Assembly (NCBI GenBank): GCA_001655205.1
Contig: LPNZ01008298.1
Coordinates: 1 to 35,408, forward strand
Length of the DNA: 35,408 nt
Reading direction: 5' to 3'
From: Lenisia limosa
Taxonomy: Eukaryota; Protista; Breviatea
Shown piece after piece: positions 23,457 to 35,408 of the stretch; the first letter of the stretch is position 1, and each line of letters begins with the position of its first letter. The notes below the pieces were generated by a model. That model saw only the letters and a list, made by a program, of their open reading frames with translations. It did not search any database and was not told where the DNA came from. The translations under genes and the position numbers were made by a program.

Positions 23457-23723
23457 ATGGCAAGGAGGAGAAGAAAAGCCCAATCTTCTGGTAAAGTTAA
23501 GAGCCCCGGTTTATTGCAATTGTTTGATTGTCCATGGTGTAATTTTGAAGCCACTGTTACTACTTACTTGTTTGTTTTTGCTTTTTTAACTTGAAATTAT
23601 TCAACTAAGATCGGCAGTATTGAATGTTCTGCTTGTGGAGAGTGCTTTAAATGTGCTATTAGTGAATTATCTCAACCAATTGACGTTTTTTCTGAATGGA
23701 TAGATGTTTTTGATATCCAATAA
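23457..23723 (+). CDS. ELF1: Transcription elongation factor Elf1 (zinc ribbon), 80 aa, one intron (best fit 23570-23593)
   Basis: MARRRRKAQ..LFDCPWCNFEATVTTYL|NYSTKIGSIECSACGECFKCAISELSQPIDVFSEWID..* has two CxxC pairs and the conserved L..PIDV(F/Y)S.WID tail. Missed by the ORF track. Confidence 0.93.
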
Positions 23724-24279
23724 ATAATTTCTCACACTAAAACTCCTTCCATTTTGCAAACCCAGACTTTACATGCGAGTTTGAGCGGATGGTTGAAGGA
23801 TTACGATATTTCAAACTTTTAAGTTTGTATTTCAGTTGTATTTGGCTTAAATACAACTAGGTTGTTGGGGATTCTAGTGTTTGAACAAGTGTCCACAAAC
23901 CATCTCAGAATTTCAAATTCCAGAATATTTCAGCTCAGGTTTTGGAACTTTCGACTTTTGATTGGAATTTTTGAATTGGTTACACCTTATGCCTTGGGGA
24001 GCTACCTGAGATCTGCCTGAGGTTGGCTGATTGGCCTTGGCCCCAAGGCCCCAAACTTGGCCCAACATGAAGGTAAAGTGGTAAAGTAATTTCTGAACAA
24101 TTTTTACTCCATGGGCGCAAAATGGAGGTAAAAAAGATCAGGGATGGGGGTCTGACCTGGAGGCATATACAAGGCATATATATCCAAGGGGCCGCGGATC
24201 TCGGTAAAGTGACGACCTCCAACTCCAGTCCTCCCCGGATCTCCACGAACTTCGTCCGATCTTGGCCTGATCTTTTTTT

Positions 24280-24720
24280 TGGGTCGGCTTGCCATGGGGT
24301 GGTGCCCCGAGGGTAAATTACTAGACAATTTTGGTCTCGTACAAAATTTTATCGTTCACAGTTTCAAAATCTCTATCATCGGATTTAGTTAGTCCGCAGT
24401 TTTATTATTATATATTCCGTAAGCGGAAGGCAATTTACCATCACAGTCTCGAGATAAGTGTACCTTGGTTCACCCCCACTAGAGTTCCGTTCTATTCCGG
24501 TTGCAAAAGGCATCAGTTTGCGTTGAAAACACCTGTAAGCGGCGTTAGACCTTCATATTTATGGGACTCTTTCAGGAGTCTTGTCAACCTCAATTCTTTT
24601 CTCTTCCCCGTTTTCATGTACATCTGACCATTATAAATGCAAATAGGGCGCATATAAAACGCATTCACCAAAAAATCTCTTTTTGCGCGCCTTTTCACCC
24701 GCCAATTCTATTTCATACTT
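24280..24720 (+). repeat. Dispersed non-coding repeat, homologous to 32790-33140 (-) and 33440-33640 (+)
   Basis: Shared blocks GGTGGTGC..AGGGTAAATTACTA, GGCAATTT(A/G)CCATCACAGTCTCGAG, CTAGAGTTCCGTTC(T/G)ATTCCGG, ACACCTGTAAG..TTAGACCTTCATAT. Confidence 0.8.
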
Positions 24721-24789
24721 TTGTTTTGCTAGTATTACATACCTCCCACCTTCCGCGTCATTATGTGTAGTTTACTCTTGGTATTCGAT

Positions 24790-25560
24790 AAAATTGCTCT
24801 CCTGAGGTGTCATGTGCTCTTATCCACCCTTAAGGCCTACAATCAAGCTGCTGANNNNNNNNNNNNNNNNNNNNNNNNNNNNNNNNNNNNNNNNNNNNNN
24901 NNNNNNNNNNNNNNNNNNNNNNNNNNNNNNNNNNNNNNNNNNNNNNNNNNNNNNNNNNNNNNNNNNNNNNNNNNNNNNNNNNNNNNNNNNNNNNNNNNNN
25001 NNNNNNNNNNNNNNNNNNNNNNNNNNNNNNNNNNNNNNNNNNNNNNNNNNNNNNNNNNNNNNNNNNNNNNNNNNNNNGTGCATCCTCAATACCGACACGT
25101 TGATTGACCTTATCCGTGAGGCAAAAGGTAATGATCCTGACAGAGCAAAAGCAGCCTGGGTCAACATTGCTGAATATCACCAAGCTTTGACTGACACTGA
25201 AATCGAATTCTTTGATTCCAATCCTGATACTCTTCCTNNNNNNNNNNNNNNNNNNNNNNNNNNNNNNNNNNNNNNNNNNNNNNNNNNNNNNNNNNNNNNN
25301 NNNNNNNNNNNNNNNNNNNNNNNNNNNNNNNNNNNNNNNNNNNNNNNNNNNNNNNNNNNNNNNNNNNNNNNNNNNNNNNNNNNNNNNNNNNNNNNNNNNN
25401 NNNNNNNNNNNNNNNNNNNNNNNNNNNNNNNNNNNNNNNNNNNNNNNNNNNNNNNNNNNNNNNNNNNNNNNNNNNNNNNNNNNNNNNNNNNNNNNNNNNN
25501 NNNNNNNNNNNNNNNNNNNNNNNNNNNNNNNNNCAAAAAGCCCACAAAAGTTTGATAACT
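24790..25560 (+). mobile_element. Divergent relative of pogo family A (C-terminal coding fragments between gaps)
   Basis: CILNTDTLIDLIREAKGNDPDRAKAAWVNIAEYHQALTDTEIEFF aligns with family-A CILNTQELIDLIKVAKGGDAEAAKGAWMAIANYHQALTDAEVSFF. Confidence 0.8.
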
Positions 25561-28500
25561 TAGTCTTGTTTTGCATCACCAGGAACTGAAAAGGGGGTGA
25601 ACTGAACTTCCGACACTTCCGTTTTTTTTTTTATTGTTTTTTGCTAATTTTTACTTTCTACTGGTTTGAATAGTAAAATAATGAATTCTTGTGGTGTTAT
25701 GACGCCGTTTATTCAATAATGACGGGATATCCCAATAATGACGGGGTTTTGGCGCGGGAGCATATATTGTTTTTTGATTGATTTGAATTCATCGTTTAAT
25801 GAAAAGCCAATTTTTTGATTGAGGGAATACCACGAAGATTTAAATACTTCCAGACTTGCAAAGTGTTACTCTGCTCTCCAAAATGCCAAGCGCTTTAGCT
25901 GATGGGATCACCTTCCATCACTAAGGTTTGTGACATTTTGGTTGCTTGTACATAATCTGTATATCATATAAGTTTATTGAATTCTGTAAGACATACCAGT
26001 TCTCATACATACATGAATATTATACAATATCTTGCCTATTATTGTTATAGCATATTGTTAAAGCGTAATCAAGATCAGAAAAAGGACTCCCTCGTTGGGC
26101 CTCAGATTGAAGCTGCTATGGTGCTGGCCATGCACCTCAAGTGGAAGCCTCTATATGAGGTACGTACTCCAATTTGAATGACTTCATTTTTTCTCATTTT
26201 TGGCGAGTGTTACAAAATGAAAAGAGTTTCTCCACCATTTATTGCAGCATATCCAGGTCTGTGCTTGCTAGAAATCAGATGAAGAGCTCCCTATTCATTA
26301 GTATCCTTTTTTCATGGGTTTTATTTTCTTGCCCTTTTTTAAAAAAAACATTGGGAAAACAATTATACCCCCCTTCACCTACAAGACCCCCCGATCGTGC
26401 AAGAACAAGTGGGTAAACGTGAAATAAAATGGCATAATTCTGTTTATCACTATTGAGAAAAATATTTTGCCTTCTGGACTATCGGGGAAGATGTAGATAG
26501 AATCTATAACAAATACTATCTCTCGTTATCTCAATTGGCCTAGAAAGACAACAGCCTGCAGGCGGCAACTGCCAATTATGCAAATGGGATGCCTCTTCAG
26601 TATGAGGACCCATCGGTATGTTGCGCACAACACCCCTTCCATGTCTAATAGCAATTTAGATTAAAAATGTCATCAATGCTGGTCGTCTCCCAGCACCAAA
26701 GGCCAAAGGGCTGAAAGCAATGGTAATACTACTGCGCGCATTCTCATATTCTTTTAGTTTCACCAAAATGGAACAACAACTGCTGTGGTATTGACTCTGT
26801 ATTTGTCAGCAAATGTTACACTTTGAGACCATCCGCATTGAACACAGGTATTTTGATTCTTCTTTGATTTCATTTTGCTACAGACCCCTTGGCGTGTCGG
26901 ACTTGGTCCTGCTGGCGAGGCAGGAAGCCGTCAATGGCAGGCGCCACCCCGACAAATCCGGTCGTCTCTAACGATCTTTAATTCTTGGCTCCACCCAATA
27001 CCCGGTTTCTCGTCCTCCAGGTAGTGCTGTCATACATTAGTTATTTTACTCCATGTTCTTATATATCTAGCTTCAAGATATGTAGACACACTCCAAACAG
27101 GTCAATCCGTTTCCCTTGCCCCTGTCCTCAAGAAGGTGAATTCTGGCATTTCATTTTCTGTTTTGGTGTTTTAGCAGAACCAGACAGCGTGTTTGGGAAT
27201 GCCCTTTCTTGTAAACTTGTCTCAAGGTACGATTGCTGCCAGAAGGGAGTTCTACCTATTCTTGGCACCTCAAGCTGGTCTTATTGACGTTGAACATGTA
27301 TGAAAATATGTTATTCCCCTCTGTGGGTCGCCCAGATTGTTTAAGAAAATACCGCCCTGGAAAGGTCTACCAGAATGAAAGACCGTCCCTGTTAATACAG
27401 CACGGACCAAGGCTTGACTGTGTTGAGATGTAAGAAAGCTAAAATGGTTGTGTTCATAATTTTATTACTCTGTCCAACCATTCGTATTAGTATAGTGTCT
27501 GGCACCTAGAAAGAGAAAAGCTCAGCTCAGGTCATATCTCATGAAAAAACTCTTTGTGAGGAATATTTCAGTTTTCTCTTTCTATTAATACATTTATTAT
27601 CAGTTTTTTTATTATAAGTTGTTTTATTATTATATCACAATATCTAATAAGAAGAATAAAGAAGGAAGGGATGAAGCGCAGACGCAGAAGGAGAGTAATG
27701 ATCTCGAAATCCTTTACAAGAGATGTTCAGATCATATGGAGGTGTTTGAACTTGAACAAAGTGTCTCCTCCTCTGAAAATGCTCCATCTTTAATTAAATA
27801 TGTTGATATTAATTACATACATGTAGATAGAACCAATGGATTCCGTGTTTAGTAACTACCCTGCTAGATCACAAGGTCCCAATACTTTTACGCCATTCTT
27901 GACAAATAAATCCAGCAGAACAGCAATTTTACTGTTTCTATGCTTGAGAATATATTTACTTTAATAATGCGTCTTAATTAAAACGGAAATTAGCGTGTCA
28001 CACGCCAGTCAACGTGAGGCGTACATTCATTAGGCGTAAGAATATTGATGCCCCCTGTTTTCCATCAAATATCTAGAGGGGGGCTGAGGCATTTCGTTGA
28101 GGTTCAAGCCCATGCAACCATATTCGGATGATTGGTGATTCGGCCAGAATTCATACTGCAGCAGAGGTATGAAGCAAGTAATACACAAGAGGGTTCCCTT
28201 ATTAATTTCCCAATGAGTAATTTTATTCTGTATTAGGTAGCAGCTAATGCATTTACGACATATGATATGGTATTATGATCATGACGGAACCAGCTTCAAC
28301 ATCACATTTTCTACCTGGATGTCTTCGAGACAGAGCCACACTTTATTAATCCTACCGCTTGTGAAATCTTCGTCCATTCCGGCTCGGGCTACAGCAACAG
28401 TTTCTGTAACTGAGTATTCCATTTCAAAAGCAACGTTATTTGCTCTTAGGGCTGCTTTGTTGAGTACATCTTTTGACTTCGATTTTGAAGCCGAAACGGA

Positions 28501-28929
28501 GTGGAGAATCTGAGAAGAAACTCTTTCACTGGAGTTCCAGAGTTTAGACATGAAAGCAGTATTTTCCGGCTGAAATATATAAATATATCAAAAGAAATCA
28601 ATGCCAACTTGTGTTGCCATTTGCCGTGGAGCTTCGGAAACTTATGCTCTGCAATGAGAGCTTTGGCAGTTAAATTTCCACCCCTTCCTTTTAGGTACTA
28701 ACAAAAGAAATGGACATATGCTCACNNNNNNNNNNNNNNNNNNNNNNNNNNNNNNNNNNNNNNNNNNNNNNNNNNNNNNNNNNNNNNNNNNNNNNNNNNN
28801 NNNNNNNNNNNNNNNNNNNNNNNNNNNNNNNNNNNNNNNNNNNNNNNNNNNNNNNNNNNNNNNNNNNNNNNNNNNNNNNNNNNNNCAAATGAAAAGAAAA
28901 GGGGGGGATATATCCAAACATACACTCAG

Positions 28930-30330
28930 CTATTTTGCTTTCTTGGCCTCACGTTCAGCAGCTCGCTTGGCTTGGTGCTTGTTTTTGTCAGCCTTGCTCT
29001 TGGTGAGGGCCTTCACACCCCCCCTCTTAACGGCAGTCAAATGGTTAATAATTGCACCATTTGCTGTGTTAATTGCTGTGGCCCGCACAGGCGTGACCTT
29101 GACCTCGGTTTTTTTGAAAATAACCTATAGCAGTAAAAATATGAAGACTCTAAAGTGGGGAACATCCAACAAAAGTTGCAATATAGATCGAAATATTCTT
29201 CTAAAAACGCACCCGGTTAATACTTCTTCTTTGATTTTTTTCTAGCCGCGGCAACGAACGCGCAGACGTCATTGAACATCTGCCAAAAGGACCAACATTA
29301 AACGTGAACTGTGGCCATCCAATTTTACCAAAGCAACAGCATCCTTTCAAAGGTTATGTCTTTTTCTTGCTTTATCCACCAGAGGAATTAGAATCATTTT
29401 TGACCAATCCAAAAACGTATCAGTGCACTAGAGAAATTATGAAGTCAAATACAGAGAAGATAGGCATTTCTCCCCTCAAACCATCCATCCATGAGGCCCA
29501 AAAGCGATTTCAGCTTCATAGTCATCAATGATTTGCTTCTCCACCGACGCATTTTGCTATCCAACAATCACATAAGCTCGAAGGCGACTTCCATCCGACC
29601 TGTAACGTGAAACAAGACGATATATGTCAAAGCAATCAAAAACTCACATGCCTCCTCACATCAATGCAGTGTGCTCGATTTTCCCCAAAGATTTGGTAAA
29701 CCCATCACAATTTCCAGATTTTAAGACTCTACTTTGCTGTCATTAGTAGCGTCATTGAAAGTTTCGTCAGAATTTACTATCAGCAGAGGATTGATATCAT
29801 ATTTTTTAATAGTTTTAAATTCACTAAAAATATTGCTGCAACTTGGCAGGAAGGTCATCGGACATACAATGTATAAGTGGATTCAACAAATACAGCGGTC
29901 TGTGTACTCCAAATTTGATGTCCATATCCCTATTTCTTTCCATAAAGCCATTTAACCATCTTTCAGTGAAATCAAGTACTTTCAAATGCGGGTATAAAGA
30001 ACGATATAATGCCTGAGCCTAAAGATTTATAAATGATACCAGCAACTCTTCACCATCACTCAAAAGTTGTTGTCTTCCACTTTTTTTTTAGATGAAATTC
30101 CAGACTCCAAATGTACATATTTTGAAATTGTCGCTTGACTTAAACCAAAAAGTAAAGAGAGCTTTCGCTGCAAAAACAATTCACCATTAGGTTCAACAAT
30201 TGAACTAAATTATTTTAACCTAAATTGTAAATTCACTGTCATCTCGTCTTACATTATCTGAAAGAATCAAATCCTTGAACGTTTCCTCATTTTTAAGACG
30301 GAGTCCGTTTGGAACTGCCCAAGCAGGAAA
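28930..30330 (-). pseudogene. pogo/Tigger-like transposase family B (HTH + CENP-B HTH + DDE_1), decayed
   Basis: LSLLFGLSQATISKY, SGRQQLLSDGEE, FTERWLNGFMERN, LIVNSDETF, LVKLDGHSSR and basic tail AKRAAEREAKKAK*. Candidate GT-AG intron ~29580-29627. Confidence 0.85.
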
Positions 30331-30592
30331 ACCTTAAAAAAACATTCTTTGACAGAATTGAAATGACAAATTCCTATTCAACACCCAAAGACTTCATAAT
30401 GACGGAAATGGGTTCAGGGGGTAAATTCGAGAATCTCATCGAAATAATCGCTTCTTCAACAGTTTTTAAACAGCCAAAATCATAGTTTTTCCAGAAATCA
30501 TTTAAAAAAGAAAGATTTACTTCAATCTAATATTTAATCAATAATAAAAAAGAAAACCCAGCATATCATTATGTATTTTGAAAAAAAAAAAA

Positions 30593-30663
30593 GCTTGAAG
30601 TTGGATTCGAACCCTTAACTACTACTCCTCAGCGGGATTTTAGACCAACTGGGCCAGACGAGC
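30593..30663 (-). tRNA. tRNA-like pseudogene or tRNA-derived SINE head (Leu/Ser-like D arm, possible GAG anticodon)
   Basis: A box TGGCCCAGTTGG, B box GGTTCGAATCC, immediate T12 terminator. Acceptor, anticodon and T stems pair poorly. Confidence 0.55.
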
Positions 30664-31277
30664 ACGTAAATTATTTCCCGTTTTCAATCGCAAGAGGGAT
30701 TCCAATGTAAAGGAGGCATACTTAAATACCCAAAATCAGTTCAGTTCAGTCGAAGAAGGCCTACTTAGCGAGGAAAATGCCGAGTTCTGGCCGGGGGTGG
30801 AGTCTGCNNNNNNNNNNTATCCTTCAATACCGATGAATATCCTCCTCATACCCCTTCCCCTTCCTTACACATGCATTCTTGCTGACGGTTTAGACTTTCT
30901 GGGGGAATGCTATCGGAAACGGGTGCGGCTGCCCCCCAGGCTGGACGTTTGACTATTCCATAACAGAGGCTTCGTGTGTCCGTGTCCCAAGTAAGCTGGC
31001 AGGTAAATATTGTGTCCACTGGAGAGGTGGCGGCCTTTTGCTTATGAACTGAGCGCAATACTATGTGTACTCATATTTAAAACCAAAGTTGTTTCATCTT
31101 AAATTCCCTACATTTTCGTGTTGTTTTCAAAAAAAATAACCAAGATTGACACGACTTAGTCTCATTAACATTAGAAATTTTGGGTAATATGAGCGCACTC
31201 AGGTGGGTGATCGCACTCATGTTGATGATCGCACTTAGGGGGGACGACTTATAAAGAAATACATGTGATATAAGATA

Positions 31278-31565
31278 TCTCAAGGTCCTAAATTATGTCG
31301 TTAATTCAGTTTTCCGTGACTGTCTCTTTTCCATGTTTAGGTCAACTGTAGAACAATAACTCATAAAAAGGACAAGAGCGTAAAGTCAGAAGGTGAAAAA
31401 AATGCGCGAGCATGGCGCACAAAAATTTTTAAACTGTTTTTTTTTTCTTTGTTTCTCTTCATAAAAAAAATAAAATGTGAATATCAAAGAACTACAGTTT
31501 TAACTAGAAGATTAAATAATTCACGAAATTATTTCAAATTAACGCCATAGTTTAGGACCCTGATG
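31278..31565. mobile_element. ~290-bp MITE related to 15677-15798
   Basis: TA|TCTCAAGGTCCTAAATTATGTCGTTAATT ... AATTAACGCCATAGTTTAGGACCCTGATG|TA. Confidence 0.7.
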
Positions 31566-32565
31566 TACCATATGGTATCTGATAATTACTATAATAGTAA
31601 AATCTATGATATCATATACTAATATATTACAATGTATTATATGTATGTCAACCCATTTTCATTAGATGACCGACTTTCGAGTCGAGAAATCATGAATGAA
31701 GAAGATAAGAGTGTATCAGAGTACCATTAAGACTTGTCGGTCAATTATCATAAGAGTGTTTGTTTATGAGGCATCATATCACTGCGTGGAAAATGACAGT
31801 TCACACGTGTAAAAATGACCCAAAAAGTGATAATAGATATCGATATACTATCATATAGTTACTCATCAAAGAGACGGGCGGATCAGACCTTTTCCGTTTC
31901 ATCTCGAGCGATGATCTGGCATGGTGGTGGTACGCACGTAACAGCGAGTCAGATTGGTCAGCCTGTTGGTTCTGTTGAGGTGTACTACAAACGGACAAAC
32001 AAATGAAACTGGAGTAGAAGCTGGTAGCATATCATAAAGAGCTCATTAGAGAAAAGAGAAAAAAAGCAAAACCGAACGCCCAGCTGACTGAGAAACCGAC
32101 TGCTTCTTCGAAGGTAGGCAAGGCCGAAAACACAGAGACATCGGCAATTACTGATGTTTCAAAACTCACATTCTCAATTCTTCAAGAAGCAAAAAGGGTA
32201 ATCAAAAACGAGTTTAGTACACATCAATTCAACTCAGTTCACCATACTTGCTGAGGTCAGAACCATGGGTTGGGGATCATCTGTGGCGTGGTTGGGGGAT
32301 GGTGATGGTGGTGGTGATGGGGACGGGATTCCAGGCGATTGTGTCAAAGTGCCTTGCTCGGCCAAGGATGAGATAAACGGAGTAATTGTCGAGAAGTGAC
32401 TGTGGTCGGAATAACAGGAGTGAACAGTGTCCCAAATAATTATTATCTAACATGAACATAAAATGATAAATATTTAGTTACCCTTAAGCCCAACGACTAA
32501 TACCAATAGTTTCTATGTCTAAAAATGTTAGTTTTACAGACACGTTACTAAAATAGCTCAAACAT

Positions 32566-32650
32566 CACCCCAAGCAAATGCGCTGCAACCGTAATAAACC
32601 TAAGCAAATAAGCTAAAAGCGTTTAACCCCAAGCAAATGAGTTGCAACCA
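32566..32650 (+). repeat. Three degenerate CCCCAAGCAAATG units
   Basis: CCCCAAGCAAATGCGCTGCAACC / CCTAAGCAAATAAG / CCCCAAGCAAATGAGTTGCAACC. Confidence 0.6.
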
Positions 32651-32983
32651 TGCCCTAATCAAATCATATACACCACTCGTCCTCACCTAGACACACAAAG
32701 TTGGTGTACAGTGGCTGCGTGGCTGCTAGCACCAAGTATAACCTACACATAATGACACAAACGGTAGTTGGTATGTAATACTAGAAAAACAGATGTATGA
32801 ACTAGAATTGGCGGGTAAAAAGTTGCGCAAAAAATGAGTTTATGGTAAATGTGTTTTTGAAAACGGATAGACAAGACTGAAAGTGTCCCATATACATATA
32901 TGAAGGTCTAATGCTACTTACAGGTGTTAAACGCAAACTGAAGCTTTTACAAACCGGAATCGAACGGAACTCTAGAGGGGGTG

Positions 32984-33640
32984 AACCAAAGTGCATTGAA
33001 CTCGAGACTGTGATGGCAAATTGCCTACCGCCTACTGAATATCATATATAATAATAAATACACTAACTAACTAAAACCGATAATAGAGACTTTGAAACCG
33101 TGAACAATAATATTCTGTTCGAAACCTAAAATCATATANNNNNNNNNNGGATGTGTTAATCATTCAAATCCTTAAGCTGATGGCTCAGCTCCTGAACTAC
33201 GCCAGTAACGACCTACAGCGCTACCGGTGTCCGATATCTGACACTTCTTCTTCTCGGTGCACCAAGAGCTGCTCGACCGGCATTCGCGACGACAAGATAT
33301 CGGACACCAGTAGCGCTGTCGGTCATTACTGGCGTAGTTCAGGAGCTGAGCCATCAGCTTCAGGATTTGAATGATTAACACATCAGAAATGATTAAACTC
33401 GGAATTATTGGAACCTGTCAGACCTTCTCGGATTGTGATATTTTGGGTCAGCTCGCCACGAGGTGGTGCTCTAAGGGTAAATTACTATATGATTTTAGGT
33501 TTCGAACAGAATATTATTGTTCACGGTTTCAAAGTCTCTATTATCAGTTTTAGTTAGTTAGTGTATTTATTATTATATATGATATTCGGTAGGCGGTAGG
33601 CAATTTGCCATCACAGTCTCGAGTTCAATGCACTTTGGTT
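32984..33640. repeat. Long fold-back inverted repeat
   Basis: 32984-33138 pairs with 33486-33640 and 33150-33239 pairs with 33295-33384, leaving a 55-nt central spacer. The unpaired 33385-33485 faces a 10-N gap. Confidence 0.95.
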
Positions 33641-34941
33641 TTCGGGGCGGTTGTCAAAACCTTGGATCTGTTGCAATACAATTTACTTTTGACCGACTCG
33701 GCCCAAAAGTGGTCAACCTGAATGGTTGAATGAAAAGACACTATCAAAAACAAACCTGATCTGGAATATCACAATTGGCTACAATTGCCGACACCACAGG
33801 CAGCCCATTAAGACATGTGAGGGAAATTTGTGCGTTTGGGACCGCAAACACAGCGTACTTCGACAGTTTATAGGTGTTGTTTACAGTTAGTTGTTGGCTG
33901 CAATTTGAACAAGATTTGTAATCCTAAAATCAATCGAAAAAATACGGATTCCGGCAATATCCTGGCAATTGATGTTTGCCTGGAAGGGGACGAACTCTGT
34001 CTACAAACATTACAACTGACCTTCGTTGTTTCGCTGCACTCGACCCATGATTTAAATGGCTCTTGGCTACTTTTGTGAATTTTCAGATGAAGAAAAATAT
34101 GTATATATTTGATATGTGGATGTTAAGTTGAACCGTATTATTTTGATTCACTAAATATATTGTGTATGCTGAAAAATGTCAAAGGCCTAAACGAGAAAAA
34201 GCTTCTAACTAGTATCACATTTAGAAGAGATATTGGCTAATAGTATAATTTAACCCAATCATTTATTTTACAACTGAGCACAAGGCCTTTTGGTACCTCC
34301 ACATAGATATGCTATTTACATAATCCCACTATTAAAAATCTTTTTTTTGAGGTTGTATATGGTGGTCCTCGAAGCTCTAGACATTATTTCAATTTTACCA
34401 GACAATTCAAAAAAAATCAGCTTGAAGTTGACTTCCAGAGGACAATATTATTGTGTTTGGAAAAACTACTTTATCCACCAAATATTTCCCGCTTTTTTTT
34501 TTGTTTATTTCAATTTTGAGCAGCTTGTTATTTGGCTCTCCCTTTTGCGAGATTATTTTTTTCTTCTAAATATCACCTCTTTTAGGGTTGAGGAATGCAA
34601 AATTGCTCAATTCTTTACGGATTCCCGTTTGCTTCGGCTATATGATGGTGGATTTTGAGAAAATAAAAAAATGCTGAAAAGAGCAATTTTAACAAGGGCC
34701 TTACACACGTAATTGCCAATTATTCCTTGAATGTGGCTTTTAAAAACGATTTTAGAAGAACATAAAACTTTTATACATCGAAAACAATTCGAGGAGGAGA
34801 AATTTGCTCAAAAAACGTGTCAAAATAAGCTTTTGGGAAAGTTGTTACTTTGCGAGCGTTTTTTTGCGCATAACATCAAATACGGTATTACCACATTCCA
34901 AATTTGACCATAAAGCCACATCTAAGAGGAGTATACTATAT

Positions 34942-35408
34942 GCCTGGACGGGTAAACCCGATAAAACCCGATAAGTTTTTTTGTTCTTTTGGTTTGAAGA
35001 TTATACCTGGAACATTTATTAAAACCGATGGCTGAGATTAAAGATCATCAAAAAACAAATACTTTCAGACACAATAATATATTTGAGTCCAATAATACTC
35101 AGAGAAATTCAATAAAATGTCAAGTGGAAAAAAATATTTTTTGGAAAAATACAAATGCAATTAAGTTTAAATGTAGTTCCTTAGGGGAACTCTTAGTTTC
35201 GAAAGAGGATAAAGAAGGTGATGGAAGGGACAAAAAACAAAAAAAGTTTGGAGATCAGTAAAAAAAAAAATTGTGCCCCCAAAAAATATGAAATTTTTAA
35301 TGTCCTTTTTTTTTTCTTATCCAAGCTCTCTTGAGTACTCTGAAGAACAAGTTTATACATAGTTAAGAACATTGTGCAAGATGGAAGCAGGTGACGAGCA
35401 GTCAATCG
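34942..35408 (+). repeat. Second copy of the piggyBac-1 terminus, running off the window
   Basis: Matches 719-1186; preceded by ATAT. Confidence 0.95.

Noticed and set aside
24297-24324. Helitron 3' end (GC hairpin plus CTAG)
   Set aside because: Homology with the other copy continues past CTAG, that copy reads CTAT, and no T follows.
26050-26160. hAT dimerisation-domain exon (DSLVGPQIEAAMVLAMHL); similar DDLAWWWY at ~31905
   Set aside because: No ERxFS motif and no 8-bp TSD or TIR support. Too weak.
26690-26720. FGAGRRP as a cytochrome P450 heme motif
   Set aside because: Lacks the essential Cys and any other P450 motif.
28560-28640. ADF/cofilin similarity (KLALISF..PEN)
   Set aside because: Depends on reading through a probable intron, and the rest does not fit.
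719-35408. The two ~470-bp direct repeats as LTRs of one giant element
   Set aside because: No TG...CA ends or gag/pol. The repeat includes piggyBac C-terminal sequence, so these are two separate copies.

Overview
AT-rich eukaryotic (not prokaryotic) scaffold with many N gaps and the standard genetic code. The organism is probably a flagellated protist (inferred from PACRG) with very short spliceosomal introns. About 35 kb is mostly decayed transposons: two piggyBac-like relics, several pogo/Tigger (DDE_1) elements, a Tc1 with an internal inversion, an APE-type LINE relic and MITEs. It holds two recognisable host genes, PACRG (17110-17771) and ELF1/ELOF1 (23457-23723). Top observation: in both host genes the conserved protein is best restored by removing a 24-nt intron with GT...TG rather than GT...AG boundaries. 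Second: a YqaJ/lambda-exonuclease gene lies directly upstream of, and co-oriented with, a piggyBac transposase. That element's end is flanked by ATAT rather than TTAA and is repeated 34 kb away. All family assignments come from manual motif recognition; no searches were run.
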